A stretch of DNA of 58,312 nt, the filler included, from Catajapyx aquilonaris (taxonomy: Eukaryota), in assembly GCA_000934665.2 (NCBI GenBank). It is 3 parts of 3 records of this genome, joined end to end, with 100 filler letters (N's around TTAATTAATTAA, not from the genome) between each part and the next. Parts side by side here need not be neighbours in the genome. Positions count along the whole stretch, not along the records: positions 38,948 to 58,312 come from JYFJ02006474.1; 2 more parts are not named here. One strand, given 5' to 3'. The notes beneath the pieces were generated by a model, which did no database searches, was not told where the DNA came from, and saw only the letters and a list, made by a program, of their open reading frames with translations. Positions 49,226 to 58,312 of this stretch are shown piece after piece. The first letter of the stretch is position 1. Each line of letters starts with the position of its first letter. Both the position numbers and the translations under genes were made by a program.

Positions 49226-51253
49226 ATGGGTGCATTCCCACTGTCCATCTTCATCGTTGCATCTCTCTTGAGCACCATCAGCACCATCAATGTGCCCATC
49301 AATTCCTTGCAAACTGACACCGACGAGCACTTCTTCGCCCACTTTCTGGACATCCTCATAAGTCAGCACTCTCCAGAATGCGCCGTGATATTGGTCCACG
49401 CTCATTCCCACCTGCATCCGGCCTACTCCAAGATCATCAGAGACAAGAACGAGCAGTACCAGTTCGGAGCTTCCTTTCGGATGAAGCAGTTCAGCTACCG
49501 GTACGAAGATTACGTCGGCCTCAGCTCCCAAGACCAGCTGTTCACATTCAGGAGGATGCCTCCGGACTTCAGGTCCAAACATCGGATCGGAGTCTGCAGG
49601 ATGGTGGTCTACATGGCCAAGGATCACCAGGAGTTTACTGAACTGGTCTCGCACTCTGTGGCCTCCACATTCGTGGACAACATTTACGATCTGTTTCTGA
49701 TCAGAGTGGACCACAAGCCGAGGAAATCGATGAAGCAGTTCATCCCTGGTCGAGGGATGCGGAGGAAGCTTGGAGTCAACCCCATCAGACGCAGGTCAGA
49801 CGATGGGTCATCCAGTCGTGCCTATGAGTTGCTGAACATATGTTATGGTTGCGAGGTCAACTACACTGATGTAGTTCAACATGCAGGACTTTTTGATGGT
49901 CACAACATCTGGCAGGTAGGAGACAGACTGTTCAGCGATTTAGGCACCGATTGCAATGGAGAGTACATCACCATAGCATTCATTCGGGAGACAGACAAGG
50001 AAGAGGTTGCGGAGCAGATCAGAAGAGAAGGACCCATGAGCGTCAGTTTGATACCCCGAGTGGTGTACGAGGTGTCGGTGAAGGCCAACCTCACATGGAA
50101 GATGTTCCTGCCCAGTATTGAAAACACGGATGATCTGGAAACGCAGATGGAGAACGGGACATGGGTGGGTTCAACCGCCTTCGTTCTCTACAAGAGGACC
50201 AGGATTTCAGTAGTCGGAATCATGACCGATCAGAGTATTCAGCACATCAGGCAGACATATCCGGCATCTGTGGCAAAAATAACGTTTGCGACTCGTACTC
50301 CCAGGCATTTCTTCAGATGGGAGGCCGTATTAATGTCCTTCGAGTGGTCTTTGTGGTTAGCCACTTTCATATGCATTGGTGTCTGCACTTTTGGTCTGTC
50401 CTTTATCATTAAGAGAGAGCAGGTGGTGACTGGAAAGCAGTTCGTGACTAGTTCCCACCTCGTCAGGAAAGCTTTAACGTACATTTTGCGAATGCTGTGC
50501 GAGCAACCCAAACACATGCCTGAGTTGGATGCCACCAGAGTAACCATCGCATTCCTGTGGGTCATGGCGATAGTGCTCTCCTGCAGCTATAGATCCAAGT
50601 TGCTCTACCTGGTGTCGACTCCAGCAGAGGAATACATACCACCTCGCATTACCGAGATACACAGATCCAGAAAATTCACCCACGGCATTGAATTGATTAG
50701 TTACATGATAATGAAAGGATTTCGCAAGTTTATCAACAACGATTCCCCGGAAGCTGCCGTGATGGACTCAATCAATGTGGTTGGTTCGTTTCAAGAGTGC
50801 ATAGAAAAATGCTTCGAGACTGATTGGGCATGCTGTGGCGAGCAGGAAGAGTTGCTTGGAGCCATCGGGGAAAACCTGGGCCACGACGGAAAAGAGAGAC
50901 TGCAAATGGGCAAGGATGACAACCTCTGGGTGTATCTTGGTCCCATACTGGCCCGGGACAACATCCACTTCGCATGGACAAATCGCTGGTTAATGTTGAT
51001 ATCTTACGACTCTGGGATTCTTCAGAAGATGCGAGATGACTACAGGTTCTACTTGAGCATCAAGGGAATCCACAAGCGCAGGGGATTTGCACAAGACCCG
51101 GACCAACCACTGTCCTTTCTCAATCTGAGGGTGATGTTTTATTTCCTTTTTCTGGGAAGCATTGGTGCAACTATCACATTTGTGATGGAGCTGTGTCGTG
51201 GAAGAAAAAGGAAACCGAAAGTTTCTACTTGCAAAGGAAAATTCTTGAGGTAG
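49226..51253 (+). CDS. Intact intronless divergent ionotropic receptor (675 aa)
   Basis: Signal peptide MGAFPLSIFIVASLLST, S1 motif ENGTWVGSTAFV, M1 SFEWSLWLATFICIGV, M2 TRVTIAFLWVMAIVLSCSYRSKL, S2 YDSGILQKM, M3 PLSFLNLRVMFYFLFLGSIGATITFVMEL. AATAAA at ~51347. Confidence 0.9.
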   Translation: MGAFPLSIFIVASLLSTISTINVPINSLQTDTDEHFFAHFLDILISQHSPECAVILVHAHSHLHPAYSKIIRDKNEQYQFGASFRMKQFSYRYEDYVGLSSQDQLFTFRRMPPDFRSKHRIGVCRMVVYMAKDHQEFTELVSHSVASTFVDNIYDLFLIRVDHKPRKSMKQFIPGRGMRRKLGVNPIRRRSDDGSSSRAYELLNICYGCEVNYTDVVQHAGLFDGHNIWQVGDRLFSDLGTDCNGEYITIAFIRETDKEEVAEQIRREGPMSVSLIPRVVYEVSVKANLTWKMFLPSIENTDDLETQMENGTWVGSTAFVLYKRTRISVVGIMTDQSIQHIRQTYPASVAKITFATRTPRHFFRWEAVLMSFEWSLWLATFICIGVCTFGLSFIIKREQVVTGKQFVTSSHLVRKALTYILRMLCEQPKHMPELDATRVTIAFLWVMAIVLSCSYRSKLLYLVSTPAEEYIPPRITEIHRSRKFTHGIELISYMIMKGFRKFINNDSPEAAVMDSINVVGSFQECIEKCFETDWACCGEQEELLGAIGENLGHDGKERLQMGKDDNLWVYLGPILARDNIHFAWTNRWLMLISYDSGILQKMRDDYRFYLSIKGIHKRRGFAQDPDQPLSFLNLRVMFYFLFLGSIGATITFVMELCRGRKRKPKVSTCKGKFLR

Positions 51254-52794
51254 GGACCTTACTATGCCTATTTGCCCCATGATTGCAGGTGTTTTAAGAT
51301 TCTCATTGTCAGTTTTCATATCACACATCACCTTGTAGGGCTGCATAATAAATCACTTGTGGATACGTCATGTAAAAAATATTGTTGATTAGTCTGAAAT
51401 AGAGTTAGTCTGCCTGTAAATCTATCCCTGTTGCACAAAAAGTCACAATATATCCACATTCACGCTTTATTGACAAAATGTGTGACATATAAGTTACATC
51501 AGCAACAACCCAAACATAAGTTACAAAAAAGCCGTCAATATAAAAATACCACCGCAATACGCAGCACACAAAAGACCTCCCTAAACCAATAACATTGCAC
51601 TTAAAACCTGCACTTATTGTGACATTTAAGCAAGTTTAATATTTTAAAGGCAGCCTATGTCCGTCAGCACCTATTGATTTGGGGATGGCCTTCACGTAGA
51701 GCAAATATGATAATGGCCGCATTTTCCGACCCAGCTATTGTTCATAGATAATCTTTTATTATCATTTAGTGTTTGTTCACCTATTAACTACTACTTTTAC
51801 TAATAGCTCTAATGAAACATTGTTGTCACACCCGTTAAAAACTGACCACCATTTTATGGGAAACAGTAATATTTTAATAGCTGATGTTATGACCTCTTAA
51901 GTTAAATTGTTCACAGAACCAAAATAATAGTGTCGTAGCGTAATGTTTTGTTACCTGTTGTAGGTAAGTCGTTTATTCTGGATAGGCGAGCGTATAGTCC
52001 TCGCAAGAAAATGAAACTGTAAATAGCTCGGTAACCTAATAGTACTCGTATATAGCGGTACGATATGGCGTCTTAGGAGTAGCAATAGTTTCTCTTAGTG
52101 AGTGTCGTTATTTTGTTGAAATAATCAAGTGTCTCTGACAGTGAGAATAAGTAAAAGAAAAGCACTTTTTTTTGTCACCGACGCCAAAATATCGTGGAGT
52201 GGAATATTTTTGTCCCACTGCTAGTTACTGCTAACTTCGCAGTAGCAATGCCAACATTGGTACTGCTAACTTAGCAGTAACTAACAGTGGGGCGAAAATT
52301 CCACCCAGTGTATTGTAGTGTTATTATAAACAGTTGTACTCTATTAATAATAATTTCACTCCGCCTACTATTACGTGTCGCTTTTGCTCATTCTGTATTA
52401 ATGATAGTTAATATAATAATTTATTTCTCTATGACTGCAAGCGATAAAATTTTTCAACATGCACGAAGTGTTAGGGAGGAGCCAGTCTCTTCATTATTTT
52501 TGTGATTGGCAACTTATGTTTGCTTTGTGGAACCTGTCATCAGAATCACTGCATTCTAAATATTTATCACCCGTTTCAGAGACTATTGCATTATGTAATG
52601 TATTGTGAAGCAAATAAAATATAAAACCTAAAATGAGTCATAATATTTTCAAATATATTCCTAAATAATATTCCAAATAACCTTATTACAAATTTTCATA
52701 TAATTATTCTAATATTTATGGAGCATTAAACCCAAGTCCCTCTCCAAAGGTGACGTGGATTATATTGTATTCTCGCCTTGTCACGGTCAGGCTC

Positions 52795-54912
52795 TTACTC
52801 TCCTGGCTTATAGAAGGCGTTCATCGTCAAGTTAAATTGATGGAACCGACTGGATATGAAGTCGTGTATTGTCCTGTTGCTCGTGTTATATATTCTGCAA
52901 CCAATCAACCATTAAACTGAATGCACCCATGAAGCATAATGTGACTTACTTCATGATGTCATCAGCCTTGAGAGTGTCATCTCCGCCATTGACGAATGCC
53001 ACTTCCACCACAGTTGAATACCCGACGCGTTGGTGCACACTCGATATGGCGCAGACGTACTGGTACGGCGAAAACGCTTCCGAGAGTATGTCTGTAATCT
53101 GCATAAGTGTCGTGTATTATTAAATTTGACGAAAAAAATTGTTTACGTGTATAGCTTAATGACAAGAGGAATACATACGGCGTCGGAAAGTTCTAGTACA
53201 AAGTTTTGACCTTCTTGAAAGGTGACATCTATGACATGATCCGGGGGCGTAATGTACACTTTAACTGTTGCCAAATCGCTGCTGTGACTGGCTGAAAAAA
53301 ATATGTAGGCCTACTGATCAGATGCATTGCTCCAGCTTCACACATGAGCTGTTGATGATGTCTTTGGGTCCATGTCCAAAGAGGGCAAATTCGAGAGTTC
53401 AAAATGCCCTAATGACAACGACTCCCCTCTGAACCAATCAGCTTACCTGCGTCAGTGGCCACCAATCTGAACGTGAAGTGTCCTTTTGCTGTGCTCGGAA
53501 TTTTGACATATCCATGTGTTAGTTCCGCCACGTTATTACTCGTCGACACTGTGATTGGTATTCCTTCGACGATGTCGTCCATACCAGATCCATGAGGTAT
53601 GAACTCACTTTCGTATACGGAGTAGGACAGACGATCATTTAAGTCGTCGTCATAAGCCTGAATAAATTGTACAAAATAGTACGAAGTGTCCGTTTGAATT
53701 AGAAATTTATAAGCTGCTTATTTTTAGCAATAAAATTTAACCAGCGCAGGTTATTTAAAAATAAGTGGCTGATATTAGGTTTCCAACATACCCATACTTA
53801 ATTTGCTTGAATTGTCCTCAAATATTAAACATTAATTACTCGAAAAATAGAAACTAAATTAGGTACTCGAATAGTCATCATGGAGTAAGTCCTTTCTATT
53901 GCGGGCCTATCAATGATGGCTGCACCCAGATAAGTTCGGACGCCGAAGTAAGGGATTTCATCGTTCTCATCAGTTACCTGAAATGTACTGGTGTAAGTTT
54001 ACAATACGATGAATATTGACAAAAAAAATGTAAGTTTTCCTCACTTTCACGTTGACCACCAGAAAACTGGAGTTCCCTGGTATGTATGGAGTAGGAACTG
54101 CACACAGGCCAGCTTCGACGTAGTTAGGACAAGTGCGACTTGCTAACACCATCACTTGATAATTATCCCTCGTTTCCCTGTCGAATCGGATTATGTTGCT
54201 AAGGGATTGCTTGTAAATGACAAACATGTCTACATCTCCGTCTGAAATTACGTACCGGTAGTGCTGTAGGTATATTTTATTTTTAAACGTGACATAAGAG
54301 AAAAAAATTTATCTTCATATACATGTATGTAGTTGGAATACGTGTATGTTGCTTGCAATCTGATGTGCTCATAATATACCCACTCTGGTGGCTTATGATC
54401 ATTATTCGGACACAAAATAGACGAGTATAGCAATTGCTTAATTTGATAGGCCTATCATATACGTCAGTTTCTGATAATTACCTGCCAGGCAGTAACACAC
54501 CGGATTGTCCGATATATCTGTGGGCACAGCAGCAGGTATCGTTGTTTTGTCGTAGTGGTTTTCTGTGATAAAACGACAAAGGTTACAGTTTACTGGAACT
54601 GCACACTGGAACATGTCACACACAATTCCTAAAATGAACTTGGGCCATATTCGTAAAATATGAACATTATGCACTTAATATGAACGCATGATGCTGACCT
54701 CGTAGATTCATGGACCACGTGTTGAATTGCGGATTGTCATATCCTGACATCGAATTGGAATCGCCTGAAATTATTATCGAGTTTAGCATAACTACAGAAT
54801 GTGATGAAATTATATGTACATTACTGATGAGTTTGTACTTACTCTGAGATGTGGGGAGTAACAATTCGATTAGTAGAGCAACTAGGATAACCTGAACAGA
54901 AAAGCTGGCCAT
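52795..54912 (-). CDS. Short cadherin-repeat protein with signal peptide and no transmembrane segment (~365 aa). Exons 54912-54843, 54764-54699, 54562-54482, 54241-54045, 53977-53867, 53657-53447, 53291-53179, 53098-52950, 52894-52795
   Basis: Perfect Kozak GCCACCATGG and signal MASFSVQVILVALLIELLLPTSQS. Cadherin Ca-binding motifs FDRETRDNY, VTDENDEIPYF, AYDDD, ATDA. All introns GT-AG with consistent phases. Ends FYKPGE-TAA. Confidence 0.85.
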
Positions 54913-55549
54913 GGTGGCAGATCCAGATATTACACTTCGCACTTGTAAAATGGTAGTTGAGAATAAGACAAGTAATCGGTCGAGAAACTACGTGTATTTT
55001 TGACAAAGAGACGTAGTGCTTATCATACAAAGATTACAACTGTTTTTCTAGCTAAGTGATCCAGCTGAATCCGGAGGAAACTTTGATTTCATAGGCAACG
55101 ATATGTGATATGATTACGCAAAGCATCATGAAGTCGTATCCTGCTATAGTGAGTAATCACCACAATAATTATTACAAAATCGCCTGCATTGTTTAAGCCT
55201 TACTCTTGTTTTACTGTTGTGTCAAGAGTTATAAAGCCAGGAATGCTACAGAAGTACCGAGAAATAAAGGACTTTAAAATAACCAGAACGACAAAACTTT
55301 GCTACAATGTAAATACACAATAAAGAAGTCCAAATATTAAAATAGCATCTTCACTTTCAAATTTTGGAGAAATGAAATCCTACCATGTTGGTTGCATAGA
55401 TGTCTTTATCACGTTTAATATCAGTTGATGCGAGGTTATTTTCAATCAAAATATGACTGAAATATAAAAATTCCATAAGATCTGTATTGTGTTTATTCAA
55501 TAATTTCACTAGTTTTCTCACATTGCAATACACAATGTAAACCGGAACA

Positions 55550-56530
55550 TCAGTAATCCGCCGTCTTGAAATTGACCAGATGAAGCTGCAAATTAGTCAG
55601 CTGATTGTTGATGCCGTTGGATATCGTCTTGTTTGCATATTTGCTGAGATACAAAATTTTGGAGATTTAGTTGATAAAAGTTGAAATTGCCATTACGGCA
55701 GAAAGTGTTTATTATAAGGATGACCTACTCCAGTATGAAATCAGCAGCGAGCGTGTCGTCGCCAGCCGTGTCCACGCATGAGACAAATAGTTTCAAGAAT
55801 GGTTGATTGGAGTAGTCCTCGATTAAATCAACTGCAACGCACACGCACGAAAATGCCTTCGACAAAATGTCTTCAATCTCAAATGAAAATAATTTGTTTA
55901 TGAGTTTCATAGTTACGATCATAGACCATAGAGCTCTAAGGTCTATGGTTACGATATCCAAGTAATGACAGGTATATACAAACCTTCCTTAAGTTTTCCA
56001 TAACACCATCTCTATATTTGAAATCCAATTCCAGGAGATGTCCATGAGCTGCAAGAAACACTTTCACATTGGCCAAGTTGCTATAGTGGCCCACTGAAAA
56101 AAAAAAAATATGCAACTGGATAAATTGAGCAACAATGATAAAATCTGCGATTTATAATGTACAGGACATGTCAACAGTCTTACAACATATAAGTTACTAT
56201 AACTAGCCAGATAACCACAGTTGTTTTGGATTCTTCCTAATCAAACAATATATAATGTACTGTAATACATGTGTTACCTTTGTCGACAGCTCGAATCTGG
56301 AATTTGATGTATCCATTCGATTCGTCATTATAATTCCTATCATTCCGAAATATAATACAAGTATTATTTTTGGAAACCACCTTAAACGGAACTTCGTAGT
56401 TCAGGTTTGTTCCAAAGGGAATGAATTTATTTTTATATATTTCGTACGTCAAGTTGTCATTCAAGTCGCCGTCGGATGCCTGCAAAAAGGACGACAATAG
56501 CCAATACAGAATCATCATCATCATTTGTTA

Positions 56531-56610
<80 letters not shown>

Positions 56611-58312
56611 AGTTGAAGTGTTTACTTGAACGGTGAGAACTCCCGTCAATTCTGACTGCGAATCTGAAGAATACATTATCACACCGTAATATATAGATTG
56701 GTTGAAATGAGGTGATTCATCGTTCTCGTCCAGGATCTAAAATTAATAACAAATAAGTTTTTTTTAGATATATATAATGCTCGTAAATATTGATATTAGC
56801 AAGTATGTACAGTACAAAAAGGTTTACTTTACCGTCACTTGGACATTCAAGAAATTAGATGATCCAGCCTCATATGGCGCTTGACTGGTGCATACGCCGT
56901 AACTGTCAGATGTTGGGCAATTATCAGTGCTGGATAAAACTATGACATGATAGTTGCTCTTAGTTTCCCTGTCGAAGAGTACGCTGTTGCTCAGAGTTCG
57001 ATCCAACATAATGAATTTTTCTACATCACCATCTGGTCATGAACACAACATATCATGTAGTTTTAAAACAGTTCCCTTAAAATCTTTTTGCTAACTGTCA
57101 TAAATACTGTCATAATTCATTTGCCAACTTTGCCAACATTTTGCCAATTCATTTAAGTCATAAATCATTTGCCAACTGTAATAAATAATCAGGTCTCTAG
57201 GCACTAATATGTTAAAAGTTAAAAGTTAAATCAATAAGGAGAGTCATACCTGCTAAGCAGTAACACACAGTTTTATTATCCTGTTGCCATATATCCACAG
57301 CGGCTGGCAAGACTGTCGTGATGTAATCGTTCTCTGCATTGATATAATTTAATGTGTATGGTAGAATCATGGAAAGAGGCATTTACTTACCCTTGATATT
57401 TATGTGCCAAATGTTGTATATTGGATTGTGAGATATGACTGAGCCAACAAGTGATATACCCAGTTGCGTGTTGTTACTATATTGAATTTCAGTTCCATCA
57501 TCCTTAACGATAATATTTAGCTGCAAAATTCAAAATACATAACTTAAAAGAAAATGTTATTACCAATCAAATTTTATAGACTAACATTGGTGAGTAATCT
57601 GACGATTCCACAAACACTTACGGCAAATTTGGTAGGGCCTATTTCTTCCAGCGACTTTGTTACAGTAATGGTTCCGGTGTTCTTGTCGATATTAAAGTAA
57701 CTCCACGGGTTGAATCCCTCTTCTGAAATGACAATTGAAACCGGAGTCGTTGTACTTTTAATCATCGATTGACAAGTCTTGTCAAGTGTGTGGCAAAAGA
57801 AGTCAATCCTTCATCCACCATTGACGATAGCAATACTGACCTATAATGTTTCTGTAATAGTTGACTGTTCCTCCATCCTCGCAGTCTGCGTCTGTTGCAC
57901 GTATGGGAGGAACTATTTGTCCATGCTGATCTGTCAGTGGTGTATTGACCGCGTGTTCCTATGATCAAGAAGGCAATGTTACCGGTATTAAATTTTGCTT
58001 GAAGTTTTATTGTTCCATATTTATAAGAGCACCAAATTACCCTTAGAACTGCAACTTCTTGATCAGGCGTCGATGGGAACACAATCTGAGGATAATTGTT
58101 GTTGACGTCCTTCACTTTCACATGCTTTATGCAAGTTGTACTTTGCGGCGGAGTACCTTCGTCTTGCAGCTGGAATCCACTCAAAAATATTAAGTAAAAG
58201 TATATGCGCAGAATATATTACTGATTGATGTTTGCTAGTAATGCAACTCACTTCAAGATAGATGTCGTAATTTCCGAAGCAGTTGAACACCTTCCCGGTG
58301 AACCAGATTTGT
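55550..58312 (-). CDS. 3' part of a longer multi-exon cadherin-repeat gene (5' end outside the window), ending without a transmembrane segment
   Basis: Exons encode LQDEGTPPQS...VKDVNNNYPQI, IRATDAD, FNIDKNTGTITVTKSL, VKDDG, FDRETKSNY, ILDENDESPHF, ASDGD, RAVDK. The last exon ends NFKTADY-TGA at 55552-55550. Confidence 0.85.
56532..56609. repeat. (TTA)26 intronic microsatellite
   Basis: Read directly from the sequence. Confidence 0.95.

Overview
Intron-rich, transposon-rich eukaryotic DNA, very likely from an arthropod (protostome-type divergent ionotropic receptors, short GT-AG introns). It has two 100-nt scaffold gaps (19377-19476 and 38848-38947). Positions 1-19 kb are mostly decayed or nested DNA transposons (hAT, MULE, PIF/Harbinger, Tc1/mariner and piggyBac MITEs). 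The central contig (19.5-38.8 kb) holds a co-oriented isoprenoid cluster: an intact 6-exon FPPS-like trans-isoprenyl diphosphate synthase with Ala instead of an aromatic residue at the chain-length position FARM-5, an intact 7-exon divergent DHDDS-like cis-prenyltransferase, and a pseudogenised second FPPS-like copy. The duplicated block includes the cis-PT 3' flank, so the two enzyme types appear to have been duplicated together. Positions 39-51 kb contain three divergent ionotropic receptors (two frameshifted, one intact and intronless). Positions 52.8-58.3 kb contain two tandem cadherin-repeat genes that both stop where a transmembrane helix would be expected; the complete one has its own signal peptide. 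All gene models were spliced by hand, and no database searches were run.
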